Positions 8,894 to 17,384 of a stretch of DNA of 32,000 nucleotides are shown piece by piece. Both the position numbers and the translations under genes were made by a program. The notes under the pieces were generated by a model. It was given only the letters and a program-made list of their open reading frames with translations. It did not search any database and was not told the origin of the DNA. This stretch comes from Candidatus Saccharimonadota bacterium (GTDB lineage: Bacteria > Bacillota_I > Bacilli_A > Mycoplasmatales > Hepatoplasmataceae), in contig AP027133.1 of assembly GCA_027925325.1 (NCBI GenBank), positions 540,001-572,000 of the forward strand, written 5' to 3'. Position 1 is the first letter of the stretch; every line of letters begins with the position of its first letter.

Positions 8894-10753
8894 TTATATA
8901 TAACTAATTTCTAAATTTTCTTTGTCATAATGCTTTATTCCATTTCAAGTATCCTTATTACGATAATGTCAAAATGTTATTCCATTCATAAAATCTTTAT
9001 TAAGATTTAATTTTATCTCATTTGTTAGTTTTTTATCAATAGTATAAAAAACGCCTGAAGATTTTATGAAATTAAATCAATATCTTGAATCTAAATAATT
9101 TTCAATATTTTTTATTTGATCTAATCTATATCCATATTGATAAAAATAATCTCATAAAGAAATTTCTTCATTTTTATTTAAACTATACTTATTTAATTTT
9201 CAACTATAATTTGCTTCCCCATTTAAATATGAAGTAAAAAAATCTCCTGAAGATTTTGGTGAATTAAAAATAATAGAATTTTCTTTTAAATTATTTAATC
9301 TATTTTCTACTAAATCATTAGCCAAATTAAATATTCCTTCTTCAAAATCCTTTGTACCTTTTAAAAATAATTTATAATTTTTGCTTATAGAGCCAAAAAT
9401 CATTTCTCCTATTCCTGAACCAGTCTCAATAAAATCTGATAAAAATGCTGTTCTTTGATTAGATTTTGATTTTTCTAAAATTTCATTAAAAGAAGTAGTT
9501 TTTTGTGGATATTCATTATCAGAAATTACTGCATATGGATTAATATTACAAGTACTAGAAAAATTAGAATTTGGCATACTTTCAAGATAAATATTAGAAT
9601 TATGAGTTGAAGGATTTAATGAAAATGTAAATTTTAAAGATAATGGATATTTTTCTGGATAAGGACTTTTTATATAAATAGGATCATATTGAATTGAATT
9701 ATTACCATTTGTAGTTTCGATTACATAATATTGAAAAGGAGCTAAAAATAATTTATGCTCAAAGATAATATTTTTATCATCCATATATGAATTCGCAGTA
9801 ATTAAAAAATTATGAATATCAATAGGTTCAGTTTTGGCCATTTCTTTATTAGAATAAAATTTTGATACAAAAAATTTTCCTGATTTTGAAATTATAAATC
9901 CATCCTCTTCAATTATCGAAATAACTAAATTATCAGTTTCATTTTTATTAATTGCAAATTTATCAGGATATAATGGCGATTCTAAAATATGAAAACTTAC
10001 AAAATTTACTTCTTTTAAATCATTTATAAATGTATCTTTTACATTTACATCATTTATTATTGTATTATTTGAAAACTTATTTATTGGATAAAGATAAAAA
10101 TCATAATTTAATGGCAATTGATACATTTTTGATTGTGGAGATTCACTTTTATAAATTCCAATAATTCAAATAATGGAATTATTTATTACATCATTTCCAT
10201 ACCTAAAATTTGTTTTGATTTCTTCAATTTTGCTTAAATTTAAATTAAAATCTTCTCTTGTTGATAAATTATTTAAATTATTTCTTTCTAAATGAACTCT
10301 TTCTATCATTGTATAACCATTTAAAATAGTAGAAATTGGATAAGTTGTATAAATATCTAAATTTATAATGATGATAAATTCTTCCTTATTTAATCATTCA
10401 ATTTTTGAAACAAAATAAAATTTAAATAAATTATTTTGATTGATAATAATGTAATTTAAATTGCTAATACGTTCTTTTTTTTGATTAAGATCTTCTTCTA
10501 ATAAATAATCATTAATATTTAATTTTAATTTTGCTTGATAGGTATTATTTATAATTAAATCTTTTTCAATTCAATATCCATTATCTAAATTTTTAAAATC
10601 AAATTGATCATTAAAAATAACATAATTAATAAATTCATCTCGTTTTTTAAATGATTCATCTTTTGATTCTCCTGGAAAATCAATAACATTTTTATTAGAG
10701 ATATTATTTGTATCTCAAAAAATATTGTTTTTTGGTATTAAAATTTTTATCAT
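8894..10753 (-). CDS. Y1: hypothetical protein, 619 aa, paralogue of the Y2 core (no signal peptide or TM)
   Basis: ATG at 10753 is preceded by AGAGGG. The frame is open to TAA at 8894-8896 (codon-checked, TGA=Trp). The N-terminus MIKILIPKNN... and residues ~27-143 are nearly identical to Y2. The C-terminal WKLNKYSLN...LWDYF.QYGY...FWHYRNKDTWNGI block is shared with Y2. Confidence 0.8.
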
Positions 10754-10765
10754 GTTTTCCCTCTT

Positions 10766-13018
10766 CTATTTAATCCTTACTCATTTAGTAGTAAATAGGC
10801 CAGCTGAAATATTATTTTGTTCAGATGAATTTTTTGATGAATATGGAATTAATTTACCAACTTCATGATGTGATTGTCCTATTCTTATTATATTTTCTTC
10901 TAAATCATATCCATCAATATAACCGACAACATCAGAATCATCATTTATTCCTTCTGATTTATTATTACTTCCAACATAAGATTCTGCTAATTTATGTTTA
11001 TGGCATTTAACATTTCCTGAAGAAATAGTATTTAATTGACTTGTAATTGCCTGAATTGTTGTCATTCCTTCAGTAAAATTTTGATTATATTCATGCAATT
11101 TTATTCAAGTTCCCAAATATTTATCATTTAAATTTGGATCATAATTATTTATAAATTCTTTAATCGTTCCAATTACTTCATCTAGCGGATTTTTTTGTAT
11201 AAAATCAATTTCTGCATTTTCCAATTCATAATTATTAATTCCATTTCAAATTCGTTTATTTCGATAATGCCAAAAAAATATTCCACTTGTGAAATCTTTA
11301 TCAATCTTTAATTTAATTTCTTCCGATAAATTTCTATCAACCGATTTAAAAATATCGGTTGCTTTTAAATAATTAAATCAGAATCTTGAATTTAAGTAAT
11401 TTTTGATATTTTCTGTTTTATTTAATTTATAACCATATTTATGAAAATAATCTCATAAAGATTTTTCTTCTTCTATATTCAAACTATATTTATTTAATTT
11501 TCAACTATAAGTTTCATTATTTAATAAATATGAAATAAATAAATCTCCATTTATTTTACTTGAATTATCATATTTAAGATTATTCATATATTTTGAAATT
11601 TTACGTTTTTCTAATACGTTTGCTATTTGTGGAAATTTTTTTTTATTAAGCATTTGTGAATAAGCTTCTGATTTAGCATCTTTTAAAACATTTAGATATG
11701 ATATTGTTCTCTTTGGATATTCATTATCTTTTATTATTGAGTATTGATTAATATTTCAATTTGGATCGATTTCAATTTGACTTGAGAATTTTTCAAAATA
11801 AATACTACTTGTGTGAATTAAAGGATTTAAAGAAAAATTAAATCTTAAATGATCTTTACGTAATGCATTATTCCATCCTAATTGTAAAGGATCATAATCA
11901 ATTGAAGATTCACCATTAGTTGTTTCAATTTTATAAACTTGATAAGGAGCTAAATATAGTTTATGCTCAAAAATTACATTTTTATAAGATAAATATGAAT
12001 TAGATTGAAGTGAAAAATCATGAATAGATATTCCATCACTTCATCCCATTTCCCTATCTAAATCAAATCTTTTAATAAATAATTTTCCTCCTCTTAATTC
12101 AAAATTATTTTCATCTATATTTGATAGGGTGATAATAAAATCTGAATTAGAATCACTTGAGTTAACTCTCTTAATATTAATTGCATTAGGATATAGCGGT
12201 GATTCTAAAAGATAAAATCCGACAAATTTATCTTCTGTTTCTCCTCCACTAGTTAAACCAGTATCATTAAATAAAGCATTTTTTGTTTCAATATCATTTA
12301 TCATAATTTTTATGCTATCACCATTTTCTTGACCATTGGTTTTATAAATTGGATAAAGATAGTAATCATAATTTAATGGTAATGTCCCAATTTTTGTTGT
12401 CGGTGTTTCTTCTTTACATAATCCAATTATCCATATAATTGAATTACTAATTATGTTATCGCCGTATTTAAAATCAACAGGAATTTTTTCCACTTTGCTT
12501 AATTCAAAAGAAAAATCTTCTCTTATTTGTAATTTATCTAAATCTGTTCTTTTTAAATGAGCTCGATCAATCATTGCATCACCATCTAAAATAGTAGAAA
12601 TAGGATAAGTTGTATAAATATCTAAATTTATCATAATGATAAATTCTTCGTTATTTAATCATTCAATTTTTGAGACAAAATAAAATTTAAATGAATTATT
12701 TTGATTGATAATGATGTAATTTAGATTGCTAATACGTTCTTGTTTTTGATTAAAATCTTCTTCTAATAGGTAATCATTAATATTTAATTTCAATGTTGCT
12801 TGATAGGTATTATTTATAATTAAATCTTTTTCAATTCAATATCCATTATCTAAATTTTTAAAATCAAATTGATCATCAAAAATAACATAATTAATAAATT
12901 CATCTCGTTTTTTTAATGATTCATCTTTTGATTCTCCTGGAAAACTTATCGCATGTTTTTCTATATTATCATCTGAAAATCAATAAGCATTGTTTTTAGG
13001 AATTAAAATTTTTACCAT
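10766..13018 (-). CDS. Y2-X': hypothetical protein, 750 aa; Y-family core fused in frame to a second copy of the X C-terminal domain
   Basis: ATG at 13018. ORF-track fragments 12041-12634 and 10781-11098 are in the same frame. I checked every codon in 11099-12040 and 12635-13018 and found no TAA/TAG. The Y-type C-terminal block ends ...FWHYRNKRIWNGINNYELENAEIDFI. It continues QKNPLDEVIGTIKEFINNYDPN...AGLFTTKWVRIK, which is homologous to X residues ~75-209. Stop TAG at 10766-10768. Confidence 0.75.
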
Positions 13019-13020
13019 TA

Positions 13021-13650
13021 TTATTTAATCCTTACTCATTTAACGGTAAATAATCCGGCTGCAAAATTATTTTGTTCAGATGAATTTTTTAATGAATATG
13101 GAATTAATTTACCAACTTCATCATGCGATTGTCCTATTCTTACTATGTTTCCTTCTGAATCATAACCATCGATATAACCGACAACATCAGAATCATCATT
13201 TGTCCCTTCAGATTTATCATTACTTCCAACATATGCTTCTGCTAATTTATGCGTATGACCCTTAACACTTCCTGAAGAAATAGTATTTGCCTCATTTGTA
13301 ACTATTTGAATTGTTGTCATTCCTTCAATAAAATTTTGATTATATTCATGCAATTTTACTCAAGTTCCTAAATATTTATCATTAATATTTGGATCATAAT
13401 CATTTATAAATTCCTTAATTGTTCCGATTGCTTCATCAATTAAAAAAATTTCTTCTGATAAAATGATGTATTTATGATTATCTTTTGAAATTAAGATCTC
13501 TTTATTTGCTTTATTTAATTTTAAAAAATATTCTAATTTATGATTTGTTAATTTAAAAATTGAATTAACGTCATCGTTTTTTACATTCTTAATTTCTCAA
13601 TCCGAAAGTAAGAAAGATTGTTTATTTTGATAATTAATTTTAATCTTCAT
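13021..13650 (-). CDS. X: hypothetical protein, 209 aa, with a conserved His/Glu-rich C-terminal domain (HxHKLAE...GQSHxEVGKLIPYS)
   Basis: ATG at 13650 lies 9 nt after AAGGAG (13663-13668 on the reverse strand). The frame is open with TGA=Trp. It ends ...AGLFTVKWVRIK, TAA at 13021-13023, 2 nt before the Y2 start. The ORF-track fragment 13036-13353 is its C-terminal part. Confidence 0.8.
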
Positions 13651-13770
13651 TCTTTAATTAAATCTCCTTATTAATCTAATTTTAGTATATCAATAATCTA
13701 AATACAAATGTATTAAAAATTAAGGGTAATTTTAATCTACTAAATAAATATAATTTTTATGGAGGAAAGT

Positions 13771-14241
13771 ATGGCGAAAATTATACCTTATATGACGTTT
13801 GAAAATAGCTTAGAAGCTATCGAATATTATCAAAAAATTTTCGGAGAAAAGATTTTAGTAGATCGAAAAGAGCTTGACAAAAATAGCGCAAATTTTTTTA
13901 AAACAGAACCAGATCCTAAAAAAACAATTCATGGCGTATTAGTAATTGCTGAAAATTTAATTATGTTTTCTGATAATTTTAGTGAAAATAAAATCTCACC
14001 GATGACAATTTTAATTAATTTCAATGGTGATAATGAAAATGAATTTAAAGAAGCAGAAAAAATTATGAATAATGCCAAAAATAATCAATGCAAAATTACA
14101 ATGCAATTTGAAAAACAAGCATGAGGGGGTGCAATGGGGGCATTTATTGATAAATACAAAAACATTTGAATGATTCATGCAGAATCTTTCCAAAAAAATA
14201 GTAAAGAAAATGAAGTATTTAAAAAATATTACAAAATATAA
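13771..14241 (+). CDS. VOC/glyoxalase-superfamily protein, PhnB/YjdN-like, 156 aa
   Basis: GGAGGA (13761-13766) precedes ATG at 13771. Sequence MAKIIPYMTFENSLEAIEYYQKIFG...HGVLVIAENLIMFSD...WGGAMGAFIDKYKNIWMI matches the PhnB-like pattern (Y..F...a.EA..fY...FG...H..l.i.g..lm.sD...WG...g.l.DkfG..W.i). Two TGA=Trp. Stop TAA at 14239-14241. Confidence 0.75.
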
Positions 14242-14278
14242 AATTTAAAAAATTAATCATAAAAAGACAATAGAAATT

Positions 14279-14896
14279 ATGAAAAAGAGAAAAAGCATAT
14301 TAGAAACAAGAACACCATTATTTAATTCTTTTTTAAGAATATTAATTTATTTAGCAGTATCAATGCTTATAATAATTTACTTAATTGAATTACATCAACA
14401 AATTATTCTTCCTAATAATGATGATACTTTATTAAAAATTGCTTTCTGTTCATTTATTCTTTTTGATATTGCATTTTGATTATTATTTTTAAAAAATATC
14501 ATAAAAGTCGGTTGAGAATGATACATTTACTATTATGATAAAAATAATAAAAATCAAAATGAAACACAAAATATAGATAGTAAAAATAATGAAGAGAAAA
14601 CAAAAAATATAGATAATAAAAATGAAATAAAAAGCACAACTATTACAAAAAATAACGAAAAGAAAGAAAAGAAAACTTTTGCAATTGTTGTCTATACTTT
14701 TTTTATTGTAATAGGATTAGGAGCTGCATTAACTTCTATTATTTTAGGTTCTTTCAATCTAGAAGAAGAATATTCAAATGTGTGAAATATATTTGAAGTA
14801 TCATTAATGCCAATAATTTATATGTTATTATCAATAAGTGTTGCAAAATTAATAATAATAATTAGAAATAGTATAAAATATCCTACAGATGAATAA
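14279..14896 (+). CDS. small integral membrane protein, 205 aa (about 4 TM segments with a Lys/Asn-rich central loop)
   Basis: ATG at 14279. Hydrophobic segments: ILIYLAVSMLIIIYLI, IAFCSFILFDIAFWLLFL, FAIVVYTFFIVIGLGAALTSIILG, LMPIIYMLLSISVAKLIIII. TGA=Trp. Stop TAA at 14894-14896, followed by a terminator. Confidence 0.65.
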
Positions 14897-14955
14897 TTAA
14901 TACTAAATTTTTAAAAAATATCATCAAGTTATTTAAAGATAGTAAAAACTAAAAT

Positions 14956-14985
14956 AAAAAAGACTCTTTTAAAAGAGTCTTTTTT
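14956..14985. terminator. bidirectional rho-independent terminator (ends the membrane-protein gene and the tRNA operon)
   Basis: Perfect palindrome AGACTCTTTT/AAAAGAGTCT (14961-14980), flanked by A5 and T5 runs. Confidence 0.8.
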
Positions 14986-15020
14986 ATTAACCCATTTAAA
15001 AAATTAAAAAACTTTTTAAA

Positions 15021-15096
15021 TGGTGGTTCAGGACGGAATCGAACCGCCGACACAGGGATCTTCAATCCCTTGCTCTACCGACTGAGCTACTGAACC
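15021..15096 (-). tRNA. tRNA-Phe (GAA)
   Basis: Reverse complement GGTTCAGTAGCTCAGTCGGTAGAGCAAGGGATTGAAGATCCCT...GGTTCGATTCC...CTGAACCACCA. Anticodon loop TTGAAGA. CCA encoded. Confidence 0.95.
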
Positions 15097-15106
15097 TAAA
15101 AACAAC

Positions 15107-15182
15107 TGGCGGTCCTGACGGGATTTGAACCCGCGATCTCCTCTGTGACAGAGAGGCATGATGACCACTTCACTACAGGACC
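15107..15182 (-). tRNA. tRNA-Asp (GUC)
   Basis: Reverse complement GGTCCTGTAGTGAAGTGG...CCTCTCTGTCACAGAGG...GGTTCAAATCC...CAGGACCGCCA. Anticodon GTC. Confidence 0.95.
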
Positions 15183-15183
15183 T

Positions 15184-15260
<77 letters not shown>

Positions 15261-15268
15261 ATAAATAA

Positions 15269-15361
15269 TGGTGGAGATGGAGGGATTCGAACCCCCGCAC
15301 GACTTGCGCCGTCTCTCGGTTTTCAAGACCGATCCCTTCAACCAGACTTGGGTACATCTCC
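15269..15361 (-). tRNA. tRNA-Ser (UGA), long variable arm
   Basis: Reverse complement GGAGATGTACCCAAGTCTGGTTGAAGGGATCGGTCTTGAAAACCGA + variable arm + GGTTCGAATCC...CTCCACCA. Anticodon TGA. Length 93 nt. Confidence 0.95.
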
Positions 15362-15369
15362 ATTTGATG

Positions 15370-15446
15370 TGGTGGTCCGTGCTGGACTTGAACCAGCGAC
15401 CAACCGGTTATGAGCCGGTGGCTCTAACCAACTGAGCTAACGGACC
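15370..15446 (-). tRNA. tRNA with CAU anticodon, probably tRNA-Ile2 (lysidine-modified)
   Basis: Reverse complement GGTCCGTTAGCTCAGTTGGTTAGAGCCACCGGCTCATAACCGGT...GGTTCAAGTCC...GGACCACCA. It is called Ile rather than Met only from its position in the conserved Met-Ile-Ser-fMet order. Confidence 0.7.
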
Positions 15447-15452
15447 AAATAT

Positions 15453-15529
15453 TGGTAGCGGAAGAGGGACTTGAACCCCCGACCCATTGAATATGAACCA
15501 ATTGCTCTAACCAACTGAGCTATTCCGCC
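15453..15529 (-). tRNA. elongator tRNA-Met (CAU)
   Basis: Reverse complement GGCGGAATAGCTCAGTTGGTTAGAGCAATTGGTTCATATTCAAT...GGTTCAAGTCC...CCGCTACCA. Anticodon CAT. Confidence 0.8.
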
Positions 15530-15535
15530 TTATAA

Positions 15536-15611
15536 TGGTGGAGCGAACGAGATTCGAACTCGCGACCCCATGCGTGCAAAGCATGTGCTCTACCAACTGA
15601 GCTATCACCCC
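15536..15611 (-). tRNA. tRNA-Ala (UGC)
   Basis: Reverse complement GGGGTGATAGCTCAGTTGGTAGAGCACATGCTTTGCACGCATG...GTTCGAATC...CGCTCCACCA. G3:U70 pair present. Anticodon TGC. Confidence 0.95.
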
Positions 15612-15614
15612 ACA

Positions 15615-15691
15615 TGGTCGGAAAGACAAGACTTGAACTTGCGACCCCTGCGTCCCAAACGCAGTGCTCTGCCAAACTGAGCTACTTTCCG
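15615..15691 (-). tRNA. tRNA-Pro (UGG)
   Basis: Reverse complement CGGAAAGTAGCTCAGTTTGGCAGAGCACTGCGTTTGGGACGCAG...GTTCAAGTC...TTTCCGACCA. Anticodon TGG. Confidence 0.95.
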
Positions 15692-15696
15692 ATATT

Positions 15697-15773
15697 TGGC
15701 GCGCCTGATAGGAGTCGAACCCACAACCCTCTGATCCGTAGTCAGATACTCTATCCAGTTGAGCTACAGGCGC
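15697..15773 (-). tRNA. tRNA-Arg (ACG)
   Basis: Reverse complement GCGCCTGTAGCTCAACTGGATAGAGTATCTGACTACGGATCAGA...GGTTCGACTCC...CAGGCGCGCCA. Anticodon ACG. Confidence 0.95.
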
Positions 15774-15791
15774 CTTTATATAAAATAAAAT

Positions 15792-15876
15792 TGGTGCGGG
15801 TGAAGGGACTTGAACCCTTACGTCCGAAGACACTAGATCCTAAGTCTAGCGTGTCTGCCAATTCCACCACACCCGC
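15792..15876 (-). tRNA. tRNA-Leu (UAG), long variable arm
   Basis: Reverse complement GCGGGTGTGGTGGAATTGGCAGACACGCTAGACTTAGGATCTAG + variable arm + GGTTCAAGTCC...CACCCGCACCA. Anticodon TAG. Confidence 0.95.
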
Positions 15877-15880
15877 AAAT

Positions 15881-15956
15881 TGGTGCCGTCGATAGGAATC
15901 GAACCTACGACCCACTGATTACAAGTCAGTTGCTCTGCCTGCTGAGCTACAACGGC
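15881..15956 (-). tRNA. tRNA-Thr (UGU)
   Basis: Reverse complement GCCGTTGTAGCTCAGCAGGCAGAGCAACTGACTTGTAATCAGT...GGTTCGATTCC...GACGGCACCA. Anticodon TGT. Confidence 0.95.
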
Positions 15957-15959
15957 TAA

Positions 15960-16035
15960 TGGTGGGGCATATAGGACTTGAACCTATGACCTCCTGCTTG
16001 TAAGGCAGATGCTCTCCCAACTGAGCTAATACCCC
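15960..16035 (-). tRNA. tRNA-Val (UAC)
   Basis: Reverse complement GGGGTATTAGCTCAGTTGGGAGAGCATCTGCCTTACAAGCAGA...GGTTCAAGTCC...TGCCCCACCA. Anticodon TAC. Confidence 0.95.
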
Positions 16036-16042
16036 AAAATAT

Positions 16043-16118
16043 TGGTGACCCATACGGGATTTGAACCCGTGCATGCTAGGATGAAAACCTAGTGTGTTAA
16101 CCTCTTCACCAATGGGCC
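16043..16118 (-). tRNA. tRNA-Glu (UUC)
   Basis: Reverse complement GGCCCATTGGTGAAGAGGTTAACACACTAGGTTTTCATCCTAG...GGTTCAAATCC...ATGGGTCACCA. Anticodon TTC. Confidence 0.95.
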
Positions 16119-16122
16119 TAAA

Positions 16123-16197
16123 TGGCGCTCCGGAGAGGATTCGAACCTCCGACCAACTGGTTAACAGCCAGCTGCTCTACCACTGAGCTACCAGAGC
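16123..16197 (-). tRNA. tRNA-Asn (GUU)
   Basis: Reverse complement GCTCTGGTAGCTCAGTGGTAGAGCAGCTGGCTGTTAACCAGT...GGTTCGAATCC...CGGAGCGCCA. Anticodon GTT. It is first in the transcription order of the cluster. Confidence 0.95.
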
Positions 16198-16450
16198 AAT
16201 ATATTTTATTTCCTAGATAATTTAATTCTACTATTTTAATAAAGTAAAATTAAAAAATAATAAGAAAATACACAATTAATATTATACCGTAAAGTGTCTT
16301 TTTTAAAAACAATTTATTTATAACATTTATTAAAATTTAGAAAACATTATATTTTAAAAAATATCAAAAATTGAGGAAAAATAGTTAAATATATAAAAAG
16401 AAAAAATAAAAGTATAATTTGTTTGTAAAATAAGAAAGAAGAAATTAATT

Positions 16451-16579
16451 ATGTTTAAATCAAATGGTGATGATAAAGCAAATGCTCACAATCACAACAA
16501 CACTACATTAGATCACAATAATAAAACATACAAAAGTAATCAAGATAATCGTAGTAGACAAAAAAACAAAAATAAATAA
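16451..16579 (+). CDS. possible small His/Asn/Lys-rich peptide, 42 aa (tentative)
   Basis: ATG at 16451 with only a weak purine-rich upstream stretch (AGAAAGAAGAAA). A TATAAT hexamer lies at 16413-16418. Sequence MFKSNGDDKANAHNHNNTTLDHNNKTYKSNQDNRSRQKNKNK. Stop TAA at 16577-16579, then a clean terminator. Short and low-complexity, so coding status is uncertain. Confidence 0.35.
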   Translation: MFKSNGDDKANAHNHNNTTLDHNNKTYKSNQDNRSRQKNKNK

Positions 16580-16596
16580 AATCATTAATAATTTTG

Positions 16597-16621
16597 AAAA
16601 ACAGCAGATTTGCTGTTTTTT
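16597..16621 (+). terminator. rho-independent terminator ~50 nt upstream of ktrA
   Basis: Stem ACAGCA (16601-16606) pairs with TGCTGT (16611-16616). Loop GATT, then a T6 run. Confidence 0.75.
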
Positions 16622-16674
16622 GTATATTTAAATACAATGTATTTTATTTTTATGTAATCAATTATAATTAATTT

Positions 16675-17349
16675 ATGAAAAAACAAGAAGTAATTATTAT
16701 TGGAGTTGGAAGATTTGCTGAGGCATTAATAAGTGAATTATCAAGATTTCCAAGATTTACATTAATTGCAATCGATAGTGATATTAAAAAATTAGCAGAA
16801 ATATCAACAAGAGTTGATAAAACATTTGTAGGTGATGCCTCAAATGAACAATTTCTAAAAGAAGTTGGAATTAAAAATGCTGATATTTTTGTTGTAAGTA
16901 TTGGAGATGATATTCAAAGTAATTTATTAACTTCATCAATTTTAAAAGATAATTTCCACGGAATTGTAATTGCAAAGGCTGTAAGTAAAAGGCATGCTGA
17001 AATTTTAAAAAAAATTGGTGTCGATCTTGTAATTATGTCCGATACAATTGCTGCAAGAAGAACAGCTATTAGTATTTTAAATCCGGTTTTAAGTTTGGAA
17101 TTATCAGAAAGTGATTCTATTAGACTTACAGAACTTGATGGTGGCGTTTCAATTTTAACAATGGAAGCGCTTCCAATTTGAGAAAATAAAATGATCAAGG
17201 ATCTTAAAATTCCACGTAATGTTTCAATTGCTTTAATCTATCGAAATAAAAAAGTTGTAATTGTAAATGGCTTAACAAAAATTGAAAAAGGTGATCGAAT
17301 TGCTCTTGCTGGAGCAAATGAAGAGTTAAGCAAAATGCTTAAAAAATAA
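16675..17349 (+). CDS. ktrA: K+ uptake system regulatory subunit KtrA/TrkA (RCK: TrkA-N + TrkA-C), 224 aa
   Basis: MKKQEVIIIGVGRFAEAL contains the Rossmann GxGxxA/G motif. The ...DASNEQFLKEVGIKNADIFVVSIGDD region is TrkA-N-like. After one TGA=Trp comes a TrkA-C-like tail (IKDLKIPRNVSIALIYRNKKVVIVNGLTKIEKGDRIALAG). Stop TAA at 17347-17349. Confidence 0.9.
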
Positions 17350-17374
17350 AAAAGATCTTAAGATCTTTTTTTTT
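17348..17374. terminator. bidirectional terminator between convergent ktrA and ktrB
   Basis: Palindrome AAAGATCTTAAGATCTTT, flanked by A-run and T-run. Confidence 0.75.
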
Positions 17375-17384
17375 ATCAATATTT

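Larger units (their letters stand above)
8894..13437 (-). repeat. tandem segmental duplication with two units of ~2.26 kb (approx. 11183-13437 and 8894-11182), each an X domain plus a Y gene
   Basis: Homologous landmarks are offset by 2255-2265 nt: Y starts at 13018 vs 10753, X-domain TTG-CAT-GAA-TAT at 13353 vs 11098, and X-domain start at 13437 vs 11182. DNA is near-identical over ~12640-12945 vs ~10385-10680 and clearly similar over 13021-13437 vs 10766-11182. Confidence 0.9.

Noticed and set aside
10825-13265. Paired plus-strand ORFs 10825..11010 and 13080..13265 (61 aa each, similar sequences)
   Set aside because: They are antisense shadows of the two X-domain copies. Their similarity simply reflects the duplication, and their composition (L/H/Y/F/Q-rich) is not protein-like.
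6646-13650. Possibility that the X/Y/surface-protein block is a prophage or phage-tail remnant (mobile element)
   Set aside because: There is only a motif-level resemblance (HxH, tail-tip-like N-terminus, beta-helix). No integrase, terminase, portal, capsid or att-like direct repeats are visible. It is therefore not annotated as a mobile element and is kept only as a hypothesis in the findings.
13759-13770. Upstream ATG at 13759 as the start of the VOC-family gene (as in the ORF track)
   Set aside because: The GGAGGA at 13761-13766 would then be inside the gene. It is positioned as the RBS for ATG 13771, and MAKIIPYMTF is a typical family N-terminus. 13759 cannot be strictly excluded.
15507-15895. 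ORF-track entries 15507..15833 (-) and 15614..15895 (+), 108 and 93 aa
   Set aside because: They lie entirely inside the tRNA cluster. They are open only because GC-rich tRNA sequence lacks stop codons. They have no RBS and no protein-like composition.
16198-16450. Riboswitch or ncRNA in the 250-nt AT-rich spacer between the tRNA operon and the small ORF, and a precise tRNA-operon promoter (candidate TAAAAT or TAGAAT boxes near 16203-16235 on the minus strand)
   Set aside because: No conserved structured motif is recognisable by eye. Several equally weak -10-like hexamers exist in this AT-rich stretch, so no specific promoter or RNA is called.
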